DNA of 56,645 nucleotides from a virus (lineage: Duplodnaviria; Caudoviricetes). The notes below the pieces were generated by a model. The model was not told the origin of the DNA. It was given only the letters and a program-made list of their open reading frames with translations, and did not search any database. Made by a program: the position numbers and the translations under genes. The DNA lies in IMG/VR virus record IMGVR_UViG_3300024302_000397, positions 1 to 56,645 of that record. The stretch is one strand, 5' to 3'. Positions 37,478 through 49,300 of the stretch are shown here, one piece after another. Each line of letters begins with the position of its first letter. Within the stretch, counting starts at the first letter, position 1.

Positions 37478-39730
37478 ATGGGCTGGAATCCATTCAAGAA
37501 GACCCGGACCTACCAATACTGGAATGTAGCTACAACACCTTTATTAGATGATGCTCTACCTGATGGGTTCCATGAGTTCGCTATCATTAATGATGTTGTT
37601 AATGGTATTGACTACTTTAAGAGCTTAGACTATTTAAATTACAGTGCAGGTGCACGTACTAGGTTTAGACAGCTAAACACTAAGTTTAAAACTAAAGACT
37701 ACTTTGGTGGGTATGGTGACGTAGACATAGGTAACAACTATGTCCCTGCTAGTTTAGTTAAAGCTAGGATAAACCCTAGCAACCCTACTTATGTAACTAT
37801 TACCAATAGTTCAGTTGTTGCACTAAACTACGCTAACTGGGTATCTGGCTACTTAGTTGATACCTTTAATCTTAATACTGTTACAAACATATTTGTAAGG
37901 GATGGAGTCTCGTATACCGTAGACTTTAATACTGCAGACAGTGTAGATAACAGTGTTGACTACATGAATAACACTACACTATTATCCTACACACTAGACC
38001 TACCTCCAGAACCTGTGGGCAAGTCATATAATGTTAGTTACACAATAACTACCCCTGGTGTGTCAGGACAACCCTCTACTACTTCTCCTGTACGAACATG
38101 GACGTATGAAATAGGAACAGGACTGTATCCTGAGCTAGATGTAAATACTAGATTACCTGAGAATGACCCAACGGTCTTCCAGCTAATGCCTCCGATAGAT
38201 ATACGCAGAAACGGTGGGTACATCCACTCCAGTGCTTCTAGACATGCTGACTATGATGACTACGCTAAGAATTTAGGTATCAATCCTAAAGATATAGCAG
38301 ATGCTTTTGCTGGGCAGTCTGATATGGATAAGTTAGACCATATAGCTGTAAGTCAAGGTGTAGATTTACAAGCTAAAGACAAGCACAGTTTAAAGTACTG
38401 TATAGATTTCGTTACTAAACTGAAGGCGCTAGCCGATACCCATACTATGGGCTATAACGTTAACGGAGCTAATGATAATGTTAACCTAGGTTTTAATACA
38501 CAAGCACCTTTGGGGCTTAACCAAGATGGTACTGTCTTTGGTACTGAACATAGGTACACCCCTCAAGAGCTTGTAGACGTTCCTGGCGTAGATTTGATTG
38601 TATCCTTTGATAGTTCTTCATATGGTCTTAAGTACTCTCATATCGAGATACAGCAACATACAGCTGCTGAAGTGGAGGCTAACTCTGTTCTTAAGTCTTT
38701 AAGGGATACTGCTATCGATGTTGGGGAACATGGGCGTGTACAAGGTACTCATAGGTATAAGTCTGTGGTAAATCATGACTTCAGCTTAACAGCGACTATG
38801 ACAGGTGTCACCCTAGATGGAGGAATTTGGGGGTATTTGTCAGGAATAATAGCAAATCTCAACACAGCCAATTTAGGCACGATTACATATTACAAAATAA
38901 GTAATATAGATGGGAGTATGAGCAGTCACATGATTGTAGCTCCCGTAATATCCCATTATGTTCGTGATGCACAATCAGGCCAACATAGGCTAGTGCACTT
39001 AAACTTAAGCTCAACAGACGCTGATTTATACTTCCCTTTAGATTGGAGGATAGTTAACAGTTATAGCAATCAGGAGCTGACTTCATTAACTGCAAGCAGT
39101 ATGCATCTAAGTATGTACTATGCTTACTGGGAGCAGAAAGAAGTATGGAACTGGTCGCTCATAATAATCGTAGTAGCTGTTATTGTGTTTGTCTATACTG
39201 GGTATGACGTTAGCGCTGCTCTAGCAGAGACAGCCACTTCACTATCAGTAGCTTTAGGTGTGTCTTTGTCAACAGCATACCTAATTATGGCTGTTTCCTA
39301 CTTAGCCTCTATGGGAGTGTTTGGTGAAGACTATATCATATTAGGTCAGGTAATGACACTAGCTATAAGCATGGGCACTAGCACAGTAGCTATAGGCGCT
39401 AACATGACTACTGCTAACTATGCGTTACAGGTTATGAATATGATGAACTCATACAAGATGAGACACATCGTAGATGAAATGGAAGAGATACAGAATTTAG
39501 CTGATGCACAGCTTGTTTTACAAGATGAAATACGTGAAGAAATAGACCAAGCCTTTGAAGACATGGGGTACTATTACAACCTTAGAAAAAGACAATATAT
39601 AGCACAAGCGTTAGTCAACATTAAAAAGGTAGACCACTTTGAAGCGATGCCTTCAGCAGTGTACTTTCAGAAGATAAAGAAAACAGTATCACCAGAGTAT
39701 ACTTATAAGTTACAATACAAATACATATAA
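37478..39730 (+). CDS. Structural protein with C-terminal hydrophobic segments (N4 gp53-like)
   Basis: Synteny; LIIIVVAVIVFVYTG and further hydrophobic helices near the C-terminus. Confidence 0.65.
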   Translation: MGWNPFKKTRTYQYWNVATTPLLDDALPDGFHEFAIINDVVNGIDYFKSLDYLNYSAGARTRFRQLNTKFKTKDYFGGYGDVDIGNNYVPASLVKARINPSNPTYVTITNSSVVALNYANWVSGYLVDTFNLNTVTNIFVRDGVSYTVDFNTADSVDNSVDYMNNTTLLSYTLDLPPEPVGKSYNVSYTITTPGVSGQPSTTSPVRTWTYEIGTGLYPELDVNTRLPENDPTVFQLMPPIDIRRNGGYIHSSASRHADYDDYAKNLGINPKDIADAFAGQSDMDKLDHIAVSQGVDLQAKDKHSLKYCIDFVTKLKALADTHTMGYNVNGANDNVNLGFNTQAPLGLNQDGTVFGTEHRYTPQELVDVPGVDLIVSFDSSSYGLKYSHIEIQQHTAAEVEANSVLKSLRDTAIDVGEHGRVQGTHRYKSVVNHDFSLTATMTGVTLDGGIWGYLSGIIANLNTANLGTITYYKISNIDGSMSSHMIVAPVISHYVRDAQSGQHRLVHLNLSSTDADLYFPLDWRIVNSYSNQELTSLTASSMHLSMYYAYWEQKEVWNWSLIIIVVAVIVFVYTGYDVSAALAETATSLSVALGVSLSTAYLIMAVSYLASMGVFGEDYIILGQVMTLAISMGTSTVAIGANMTTANYALQVMNMMNSYKMRHIVDEMEEIQNLADAQLVLQDEIREEIDQAFEDMGYYYNLRKRQYIAQALVNIKKVDHFEAMPSAVYFQKIKKTVSPEYTYKLQYKYI

Positions 39731-39750
39731 AAGAATTACGGAGAAATAAT

Positions 39751-40188
39751 ATGAGTTATCCAAAATTTAATAACTACTGGGGTGGACAGAACCCTAACCC
39801 ACTGCAAACAGCTAATAGGTCACACCTTATGGGCTTACAGCCAACAGACCAAAACAAATTCATAGAAGATACGTTTGGTGATAATAATAATTTAGACCAA
39901 GAGTTTGACCTAGGTTTGAATATGGGTACGCTACAGCTAGGTACTGCTGCTCTTGGTGCATGGAATGGGTTTACGGCGAATAAACGAGCTAAAGAGGCTA
40001 ATCAGATAGCTAGAAATCAACTTAACCAGAATGCTGAAGCATTTAACATTAATACAGGTATGCAAGTAGCTACACTGAATGATGAGATTGGCAGATACAA
40101 TGCACATGTTGGTGGTTTCTTAGATGAGAGCCAACGTAGAGACACGTTTGATCCAGATCAGTTTGGTAAGTTATCCACATACAGTTAA
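39751..40188 (+). CDS. Small ejection/internal virion protein (N4 gp52-like)
   Basis: Synteny; Gly/Ala helix then A..QL.Q..EAF; Cys-free. Confidence 0.65.
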   Translation: MSYPKFNNYWGGQNPNPLQTANRSHLMGLQPTDQNKFIEDTFGDNNNLDQEFDLGLNMGTLQLGTAALGAWNGFTANKRAKEANQIARNQLNQNAEAFNINTGMQVATLNDEIGRYNAHVGGFLDESQRRDTFDPDQFGKLSTYS

Positions 40189-40197
40189 GGAGTTAAC

Positions 40198-42399
40198 ATG
40201 TTAAATTGGAAGAATGTACAGTATGCAAATGGTTCAGGTCTTGTAAACGCTATTAGGGGTAACAATGCTCAGATTAATGAAAATAACAAACAGGTTGTTG
40301 ATTCTATTTCCCAATTTGGTGATGATTACTCTAAGACACAGACTGATGCAGCAATTGCAAGATTAGCTGGTTCTACTGATCCTCAGCAAGCTCAAGATAT
40401 CCTAAGAAGTTATGCACAGGGTGGTAATGGTTTTGTAGATCAAGGTCTATTAGCAGACAGCTACCGTGACCAGACTCAAGAGTTCAGAGATAATGCAGCA
40501 CATGCAGATACATTACTGACAAATAAATCATCGCGTGCAGTGAATGAATATAAGTTATCTCCAGAGTACCAAAAGTTAGAGCAAGATAAGATAAATGCGC
40601 AGATAGCAGGGTATGCTGCGCAAACTGCAGGCTATGATGCTCAACTAGAAAATTATAAGAATCAAGCTGATGCTATCAATATGAAGAATAATATTTTAAG
40701 AGGAGCCTTCCCTCAATACTTTCCAGACTCCACAAATACAAGTGTTCCTCCTAATAACTCACAAGTTACTGGAGATTTGACAAGTAATTCTAATACTTCT
40801 ACTAATGCTCCCTCAATTGTAAACTCTGCAACAGCGAGTATTCTAAATAGTACTATGCCGGGTATGGGAGACGTACTAACTTCACAGAATAATGATAGGA
40901 ATTCAACATACTTGTTAACTAAGTATGCTAAAAATTTATCTGGTGCTAATACACACGCAGCTACTTTTGCATTAAAACAGGAAATGCTACGAGAATTAAA
41001 TGCCGGTGGTGTATCTCCTCAGAACAGTAATCAAACAGTGAACCAAGTATTTGGTACTTTTGGGGTTACTCCTCCTAAGGATATTGAATCAGCTAATTCT
41101 TTAGATAATCTTGCTAGTATACGAGATACTGGAAATGCCTTTACATCCACAGGACAAGTGGGGGATGCTATTAATCTAAATGAATCAGATTTCGTAAAAG
41201 GATTTGGAGACGTAAAAGGTAAAGGTATGTATCAATCTATGCTTGGTACTGCATATACAGACGCGGTAAGTCAAGCAGGCACTCTTGCGTTTAACCCACG
41301 GAATCCCCAAAATCCTTTATCACCGTCAGTAACTACTAGTAGAACTAATGCTACTAACTATAAGAAGTTTCGTGAAACAATCGCTGAGTATCCTACGAAC
41401 GTTCAGGAAAGCGTAACTGCTAGATACGTTGCAGAGAATAAGATTAATGTTGACGAGATTAAAACGTATGAAGATGCGCTTAAATCTGACCAGTCACAGA
41501 TTAAACGTAATATATCTAAAAAGCTATCTAATAATGAATATGACCTTACTGACTTAAATGGTGACTTACAAGAACTGCACGGTATCGATATTAATACACT
41601 GACAGGTATTCATGATTTAGCAGTATCACAAGTAGTGAAATTTATTAGTACAGATAAAGATTCTATGTCATTAGCTGAGACAGCTAGACAAATGCGCCAA
41701 GAGACCTACTCTGAAGTCTACACAGATAAGGAGATAACGCAGGCAACTGTTAATATAGATAATTTCGGGAGTAGATTAAACTCTCTTCTTGATAAGATGT
41801 TACCGGGTTCCTCCACAAATGTTAAAAAGACATTACTAGCTAATCTAAAAACAAGGTTTGGCTTTGAAGATATTCAAGCTAAATTAGATACACGTAAGAA
41901 GACAATTAAGGCTACTTCAGGATATTTTGACTCTTCGCAATTTACACCTTTTAGTATTGGTTCTGTACAGGCTATGATTTCAAATGAGAGAGGAGATAAG
42001 GATAATCCATACACAGGTAATGAGGGAGCTATATTAGAAGAAACAGCCACTAACTTTATAAATAAAGCATTAGCTAAAGCTAAAAAAGAGGCAACTGTTA
42101 TTCCTACTGACTTCCCTAACTATTCTGAGTATAACTTAAAGCGTGTAGCTTACAAAGCGTTTTCAGAAGTCTTCGCAGCAGACGATGAGGGATTAGAAGA
42201 TGATGACTGGATATTTAATTCATCTCCATTAGGGGATGATGAGATTGAAACTACTGGTGTACTGGGTAATAGGCAAATAGATATTGAAGCAGGAACTAAC
42301 CCTAAAGCTTACTCTCTATTTATTAAGAGATATAAATCTTTACTTAAGTCGAGTTCTTCACAACTAAAAGAGCACATTAAAGCAAAAGTAAGCCAATAA
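40198..42399 (+). CDS. Ejection/internal virion protein (N4 gp51-like)
   Basis: Starts MLNWKNV; 733 aa, Cys-free; immediately before the vRNAP locus. Confidence 0.65.
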   Translation: MLNWKNVQYANGSGLVNAIRGNNAQINENNKQVVDSISQFGDDYSKTQTDAAIARLAGSTDPQQAQDILRSYAQGGNGFVDQGLLADSYRDQTQEFRDNAAHADTLLTNKSSRAVNEYKLSPEYQKLEQDKINAQIAGYAAQTAGYDAQLENYKNQADAINMKNNILRGAFPQYFPDSTNTSVPPNNSQVTGDLTSNSNTSTNAPSIVNSATASILNSTMPGMGDVLTSQNNDRNSTYLLTKYAKNLSGANTHAATFALKQEMLRELNAGGVSPQNSNQTVNQVFGTFGVTPPKDIESANSLDNLASIRDTGNAFTSTGQVGDAINLNESDFVKGFGDVKGKGMYQSMLGTAYTDAVSQAGTLAFNPRNPQNPLSPSVTTSRTNATNYKKFRETIAEYPTNVQESVTARYVAENKINVDEIKTYEDALKSDQSQIKRNISKKLSNNEYDLTDLNGDLQELHGIDINTLTGIHDLAVSQVVKFISTDKDSMSLAETARQMRQETYSEVYTDKEITQATVNIDNFGSRLNSLLDKMLPGSSTNVKKTLLANLKTRFGFEDIQAKLDTRKKTIKATSGYFDSSQFTPFSIGSVQAMISNERGDKDNPYTGNEGAILEETATNFINKALAKAKKEATVIPTDFPNYSEYNLKRVAYKAFSEVFAADDEGLEDDDWIFNSSPLGDDEIETTGVLGNRQIDIEAGTNPKAYSLFIKRYKSLLKSSSSQLKEHIKAKVSQ

Positions 42400-42412
42400 A
42401 TAGGAAATCTGT

Positions 42413-45400
42413 ATGGGTAACTATAGCGTATCGTCAGACATTTTTTCAGACTATGATGACTTATACTTTAAAGACTTAAAGAAGAAAAAGCTAGATGCTG
42501 TTTTAGAGCGTAAGAACGCTGCTATACAATCGTTAAAGGGTGTCCATGATGCTGATACATTTGTATACGAAGACCCTATCACAGGGAATACTTCCAGTAC
42601 ACGAGCTGGAGCTCCTAATAGCACATTAGATACAGCTGAAACCTTTAAAGGGTTTGCTAAGCCATACGCAGAAGGTAGAAATGGTGTTAGAGATACTCAT
42701 GCAAGGGCTTTAGCCTCTGATTTAGGTATGCATCCATCCCAGATAACTGATGATATGCTTAATCAACGTGCGTTGGAATCTAAGGCGTTTGCTCAAGACC
42801 TACTAATGCAGGATCAGCCTAACCCTGAAGACCCACAGACACAAGTTACAGTCCACGGTGAAGATAAATACAATAGACCTATTACTGAATCGGTTAACCC
42901 ATACACAGGCATTAATATTAATAGGGCCCTAAATACTCCTGAGCATAATCTGAACTTCTATTCGAAGTACAACAAGATACCTGATATTAACTATGCTGAA
43001 AAAGGTGATGATAAGATAAAACCTTTTACTGTTATAGGCAATGAAGACGGTACGTATGACCTTACTGTTCGAGGCGGACTTAAATACCCAAATATTCCTA
43101 ATCCTGAGATAGAACGCAAAGAATTCATCCCACATATAATCGACCCTAATACTGGAATGGTTCCACAGTTACTTGGTGAATACAGAGTATCTGATTTCGT
43201 AGGCAAAGCATTATCTGGTAACTTAGAAAGTACTTTAGGTAAGAAAGGTGAGAATGAGACCGTAGGTGGTCGTTATGATAACTTTTCAAGAAAAGGGCTA
43301 AACGAACAAGAGCTTAAGGATTGGATTGAAGCTTTCAATCCTTTCGTAGAATACGAAGGGTACACTGGTTACATTCCTAAAGAGGATTTTAAAGACACTA
43401 CAAGTACTGGCGCAGAGTTTTTAGCTAAGGCAGGTTGGAGTGTAGCTGATGAAATACAGCACTATAACACCAAACTACAAACATTCCTAGAGTCAGATGA
43501 GGGCAAGAAAGCCTCTATGAAAACTAGAGCACAAGAAGCAGATAAGTTATGGAAAAATAGCTTAGTTGTTTTTAGTGACCCTGAAGAAAACTTCAATAGG
43601 GCACAAGCTCAACGTATGGACACTCTCGACTATATCGAGAATATGTATTCAGAGCGTAAAGAAGAATCTTTTGGCAAGTTAGCTGAATCTGCAGCACTAA
43701 TGATAGAGATAACTGCAGGCTTGCCAGGGCAAGCCGTAGCTACTTGGAGTACTCATGATAGGATAGTAGAGGAATTCGAGAAACATGCAGGAAGAGCTCC
43801 TACTAGTTTAGAAGATGGCCAAATCTGGGGACTCGCAACAGTTAGTGTTGCAGGTGAAAAGTTTGCTTTAAAGACTGTATTAGGTAAGAACCCTTTTGTA
43901 AATAAGGCACTAGCAGACTTTACAGCTAATTTCCCGGCCTTTGGAAGGGCACTTGGAACTACATTTGGTTTAGGTGCAGCTGGTCTAATTTCAGAAGGCT
44001 CTTCTGGTGTTATATCAGACACTGCTGAAACTATAGGAGCACATTTAGCTGAGGGGTATGTATTCCCTACGTCCACACAAGCACGAGAATCGTTCTGGAT
44101 GGAAGCTATGCCTGGTTCCTCTATAGGTACCATATCAGGAGCAGCTAAAAGTACTACTACATCTAGTGATACTGCTGCACTGAATGGGTTGATAGCTGAC
44201 TTAGGTAGAGGTGCCCCTACTGTTGAGTTAACTATTGATGAGGAGACTAAACTCAATAAAAAGATTGACGCTCTAGACGATAAACTACGTAGTTCAAGTA
44301 TCTCGGATGCCCATAGAGTTAAGTTAATGTCTAAGAGAGACGAGTTAACTAAACAACGATTGGAGGGCAAGCCTAATAAAGATGCACTCTCTGAAGAGGG
44401 ACGTAAAGATTTAGAGTCTAGTATCCAGACACTACAAAATAAGATCAATGATAAGGCTGCTTCTCCTAAAGGATTAGAGTCTGCAATTAAAAAAGATACT
44501 AAAGCGGTCAATAAACTAAATAAAAATATAGAGAGGCTAGAAGCTTTAGAGCAAACTGATGAAGTAGTACAACTAATACAGGAAGCCAGACAAGAAGTTG
44601 AACTGCTCGAAACTAATATAAAAGATTCTAAGGCATCTTTAGGTATTCTTAATGTAGATGATACTGCCAAAATTAAGCCAGTAGAGGGTGACTCTCTAGA
44701 ACTGCTTAAAACAATCCCAGGTAAATTAGAAAATTCTGATGAGCTATCTATTGAAGAGCTTCAGTCCCTAATTGCGCAATATGAACGTGCTGCTACTGAT
44801 GTAATGCAACGTTTTGTGAAAGGTGAGACAGAGCTTAAAGAAGCACAACAAGAGTCTTTTAGAAGAGTTAATGAGTACATGGAACTCCTTGAGAAGCGTG
44901 TTGACCTAACTGAAGCTAAAAAGACTATTGAGAAGAGTTCTGAGAAAGACCAATATGTATATAGCTTAGACCACACAGATGAGGGTTCTGCGCAGACTCT
45001 TAATGAGATACTAGCACAGGGCACACTTACCCCAATAGAGACTGAAGTAGTCCAGGCTAAGCAAGAAGTTATTGAGGCGAAGCAAGGATTAAGTAATAAT
45101 GCTAAGAATATCGAAGATGTTAATGAAGACATTACAGGAAAAGGCTCTAAAGACTTCATATCTTTCAATCAGCACTTAGATAATGTAGTATCAGGTACAA
45201 ACGCACTAGCTGCTCAATCAGGCCTAGAACAGTTTGCTAAGCATATGCAAGGTAAAGCAGAGACTCTGCGTGCAGCATATGATAAATTCCTACAAGATGG
45301 TAATATTGCAGAAGTTGAGTATAGAGGAGTTACATATGAAATTAATAATTCTACAGAGACTCTACTTGAGTACGTAGAGAGAGAAGCTGCGTATGGACAG

Positions 45401-46309
45401 AAGGTAGTAGCACTCTCTAAGAAAGTATCAGAAGCTACTATAAATAGGGAAGCTGATGTAGAGGTAACTGCAGCTAAATCACAACTAACTCTTAATGAGA
45501 GGTTGCTAGGTAAAGTAGATACATTTAATAAAAAATCTCCACAAGAGACTGTAGACCCTATTAAGAAACCAGAAGAAGTAGTAAAGGTACAGGCTGAAGC
45601 CAAGCCCACTACTCCTGAAGCGCCTAAACAGACGCAGTCTGTGGAGGGCGCTGCTAAATACACAAAAGCAACTAATCAAATAACTAAATTAGTTAAGAGA
45701 GCGGAGAAGCTTGATACCCAAGTATCTGACTTAAACAGTAAAACAGAAGAGAATAGTTTATTCCCTGGCACTCTAGAGATACCCGTAGCTGAAGCCAAAG
45801 CAAAGATAAATACTCAACGTACTAAAATACGTGATAACTTCAATAGGATTGCTACTAGATTTGATTTAGATATAAAAGACGCTGACATCAAGACTGACCA
45901 GCAAGAAGAGATGCTGTATTCATTATTAGATGGAGCAGTAACACTAGGCAGCAAGGAAGTAGAGGATAAGATTAGAGCTATTAGCTCAGACTATGCAAAT
46001 CATAAGACTGAAGTTGTTGTTGAAGAAGCGGTTGATGTTGAGGCGCTACAGAGATTAGATGAGTTACAGAATAAGCCTAATACTGAACAAGCTAAACCTA
46101 AAGCTAAAGAAGAAGTCAAGGTAGAAAAAACTCCTGAGAAGACTCCACAAGAAACCATTAGTCCTGAGATAAGTACTGTACAATTACTTGAATCCGGAGC
46201 GGCCTATGAACAGGGAGGCGTAGCTAAAGTATACGCTGTAGGCCATTACAGTAAAGCTCAGTGGGTCACAATTGCAAAAAAACTAGGAGTATTACCAGAT
46301 GTCTGCTAA
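42413..46309 (+). CDS. Large internal virion protein, probable N-terminal part of a split virion RNAP, with an SNase-like N-terminal domain
   Basis: Occupies the vRNAP 5' position; Gly/Ala hydrophobic hairpin region, coiled coil, FAKHMQGK segment; only Cys is the last residue; HDADT...DTAE...DKYNR motifs. Confidence 0.65.
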   Translation: MGNYSVSSDIFSDYDDLYFKDLKKKKLDAVLERKNAAIQSLKGVHDADTFVYEDPITGNTSSTRAGAPNSTLDTAETFKGFAKPYAEGRNGVRDTHARALASDLGMHPSQITDDMLNQRALESKAFAQDLLMQDQPNPEDPQTQVTVHGEDKYNRPITESVNPYTGININRALNTPEHNLNFYSKYNKIPDINYAEKGDDKIKPFTVIGNEDGTYDLTVRGGLKYPNIPNPEIERKEFIPHIIDPNTGMVPQLLGEYRVSDFVGKALSGNLESTLGKKGENETVGGRYDNFSRKGLNEQELKDWIEAFNPFVEYEGYTGYIPKEDFKDTTSTGAEFLAKAGWSVADEIQHYNTKLQTFLESDEGKKASMKTRAQEADKLWKNSLVVFSDPEENFNRAQAQRMDTLDYIENMYSERKEESFGKLAESAALMIEITAGLPGQAVATWSTHDRIVEEFEKHAGRAPTSLEDGQIWGLATVSVAGEKFALKTVLGKNPFVNKALADFTANFPAFGRALGTTFGLGAAGLISEGSSGVISDTAETIGAHLAEGYVFPTSTQARESFWMEAMPGSSIGTISGAAKSTTTSSDTAALNGLIADLGRGAPTVELTIDEETKLNKKIDALDDKLRSSSISDAHRVKLMSKRDELTKQRLEGKPNKDALSEEGRKDLESSIQTLQNKINDKAASPKGLESAIKKDTKAVNKLNKNIERLEALEQTDEVVQLIQEARQEVELLETNIKDSKASLGILNVDDTAKIKPVEGDSLELLKTIPGKLENSDELSIEELQSLIAQYERAATDVMQRFVKGETELKEAQQESFRRVNEYMELLEKRVDLTEAKKTIEKSSEKDQYVYSLDHTDEGSAQTLNEILAQGTLTPIETEVVQAKQEVIEAKQGLSNNAKNIEDVNEDITGKGSKDFISFNQHLDNVVSGTNALAAQSGLEQFAKHMQGKAETLRAAYDKFLQDGNIAEVEYRGVTYEINNSTETLLEYVEREAAYGQKVVALSKKVSEATINREADVEVTAAKSQLTLNERLLGKVDTFNKKSPQETVDPIKKPEEVVKVQAEAKPTTPEAPKQTQSVEGAAKYTKATNQITKLVKRAEKLDTQVSDLNSKTEENSLFPGTLEIPVAEAKAKINTQRTKIRDNFNRIATRFDLDIKDADIKTDQQEEMLYSLLDGAVTLGSKEVEDKIRAISSDYANHKTEVVVEEAVDVEALQRLDELQNKPNTEQAKPKAKEEVKVEKTPEKTPQETISPEISTVQLLESGAAYEQGGVAKVYAVGHYSKAQWVTIAKKLGVLPDVC

Positions 46310-49300
46310 ATGTACTAAGGAACTGATTGTAGAGAGTATTACTAATGCAATAAACACACAACCACAGACAGAAACTGCAAAGGTATTTAAGTCTACTGTC
46401 AATAACTTCGTAGGGTACATAGCAGAGCTTGGTATTAATAACTCTCAAGATTTAAATGTGCATATACCTAAAGCTGACGTGTTTGCCCCTTACCTACATA
46501 AGATAGGGGAAGTGCTAAATGAAGGCAATAAATTATTCTTAGTTAAAAATAGAGACACAAAGTCTTCTACTTTCCTAGAGCCATCTACCTACAAGAATTC
46601 TGATGAGTTAGTAAGTATTTTTATGGAAGCTGGGTTAACCCCAGAGCTATCAACTCAACTAGTAAAACTATTCAAGGCATTTACAACTAAAGTAAATCAA
46701 GAATTGAAAAGCAGTAATACTGTCTATGAAAATGACGTGTTACCCCTACTATATGGAGCTAACAAAATAGAAGGACGTGATACTACGTATCACTTACCTG
46801 CGCCTGTATTGTTCAGTGCCTCTACTTCATTACTAAGATGGTTTGCTACAGATGGTGCGCGTACATTAAACACTTTCACAGACACACAAATACAACTAAT
46901 AGTTGGAGCTGAACGTACTTCTGATATCTTAGATGAGACATTAACTGCTTTCCGTAATTTAGATCACGGTGGAATGTTGAGGGGTGAGGCTGCAAGGTCT
47001 TTAGGCTCATTGATATTTGACTCACTAAATATTAAAAGCAACTTAGCTACATCATCAACAATATTAGATGACATTCTGGCACATCAATTAGGAGCTTTAG
47101 CTCTAGAGATTGGCGTTAAGATGGGACTTATTAAGTCTGCTGAAGTAGTCTATAAGGTCAATCAAAATGGGAAGTTAGTCACTAAGAAGTTTGCACATTA
47201 TTACATTACACAAAAAACTATTGATGTTAATAATATAGATATAAAAAAGATTACAGACCATTCAAAACACTTAGACAGTTTCTTTGGGGTTAACCAGTCA
47301 TTTAATGCACCGTCTGCTACCCCTTTACCTAACGTTTCAAAGAATGTTAGAGGCTCGTTAGGCTCAGTTAGCCCACAAGCACACCAAGTAATCAATAAAT
47401 TAGTTAATACTGAGTGGACAGTCAATAGTGCTTATCATTTATATATGATAGGCAGTGACACTGCTAACGCACCTCTACAAGCTAAAGCAGTAAAGCTTAG
47501 AAAAGTATTAGCTGGTGTAACCTTTTTAAATCCTAGTGATGCTCTTAACGTGCATGTTGATTTAGAAGAAGGTATTAAAGCTAAAGATAGACAACTATTA
47601 GACCAAATTAAAGTAATTAAGAAGTATTCAGATAATAATCTAATAAATAGCTTCTACTTACAGTGGAAATTTATGGCTCAGCATCGTATGATGATTGAGG
47701 GTGAGCTAGACCCTATGTCTGCTAAGAATGTAGCACGCTTTTTACTTAAGCCTGCAAAATCTAAGAGTATTATTGTAGACCCTGCCACTAAGGACTCTAA
47801 AGCTGTTATCTCCTTTAAGGTTGCTGTAGCTCAGCATTTTGATTTAAGTGTTGATAAAACAGACGTACAAGGTTCTCTAGAGCTATTTGACAGTGTATTC
47901 AGTGATATGGAGAATGAGCAGTCTGCTTTAAGTAGAGCAGTTCAATCTGTTATTCAACTCAGTATTAAGCCTAATGAAGTTACGGAAGAGAACTACTTAG
48001 ATGCTATGCTAGAGTTACACACTAAGTACCCTGGAGCTAACACTGCGTTAATTATGGCAGTGAATGCTTTAGCACAATACCAATCAGCTCTAGAAGAAGA
48101 TACTACGTTTACCACAGACATCATCGCTGAAGCTGATGCTGTTACTAGTGGTTTTGGAATTGGTTTAATGCTGTTCCCAAGTAACAACATGGACGACATG
48201 ATGAGGGAGCTCAATCGTGTAGGTATGATTTTTGAGGGACAAGTACCTTATTCTGAACAAGTAAAGAATGCGAATGGTGCAACTCCTGATGGGTATCTAA
48301 ATTTTGCTAATGCTTTATTTGATAAGTTTGAGAATTTACCAAGCTACTTAGATACTAATGGTGAACATGTAGACCCTAAGGTGGCTGAGAGTCGATTTAA
48401 GGCGTTTAATACTATATTTGCTCCACTAGTTACTAATAGACGTAATGCTGGCAAGCCACCATTTATGGTACTAAACTATGAAGGTGGCGCTGCTAAGGTA
48501 GCTAAAGAATTATCTGTTAGCTTAGTGGATTCTTTATTTGAATACATCACAGAAGCTCAAGGAAGATATACGAATGGTAGCCCAGAAGTAAAAGCAGAGA
48601 TATACAAAGAGCTTGCTACTATGTTTAAATCTATGAGAGTGCTTACGAAGAGTAAAGCAGGTAAAGAATATCTACCTGGAGGACTTACATCAGGGGTATT
48701 AAAAACTCTATTAGCTACGAATGAATTACATAGATATAGCTTTAATGAGCCTCTGTATAGAGGGTCTCCTATTAAATACAGAGACTATTTAATCTCTAAA
48801 CTAGGACAGGCGTTAACTCCTGCCATTAAAGTAGCTGCTGCTGAGACGATAGTGAACTCTGAGATAAAGTCTGACTTTATTAAAGCAGGAGAGCTTCAAT
48901 ACTTTATTTTCAAAGTCAAGTATAACAATCTAGTTAAAGAAGTAGCTGGACGCTCAGAAGGTAAGTTATTCCCATCACAGCGTAAAGAATTAGCTAGGGA
49001 GTTAATTGATTTCTATCCTAGAATTGCACTTAAACACCAAGACGGTACAGAGTCATTTATTGATTTAGTTAAGTCGACTCAGATACAGCACTCTACTAAA
49101 TTTGAGCTAAAATTAAACAGTGGAAATGTTAGTACTAGAATGCTGACGTACTCGTTTGCTCCTCCAGGAGTTTCTACAGTAGTACGCTCTATTCAAGGTA
49201 CAGATGCTGTGAAATTGCAAGATTCAATTAGTATTCCTAATGTTGAGAATACAGAAATTCCTTTGTTACCTCTGCATGATGCTGTTATGGAAGTGATAGG

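Noticed and set aside
43753-44670. 305-aa antisense ORF and the many other opposite-strand ORFs in the track (e.g. 14712-15191, 11962-12408, 5603-5992)
   Set aside because: They are shadows of strongly supported genes, Ser/Leu-rich, with no RBS or motifs.
46274-46290. A7 run (GCA AAA AAA C) as a programmed frameshift or homopolymer error joining the two vRNAP ORFs
   Set aside because: The downstream ORF is in the +1 frame, which has TAG at 46284-46286 right after the run. The -1 frame also stops within about 15 codons. A good RBS precedes ATG 46299.
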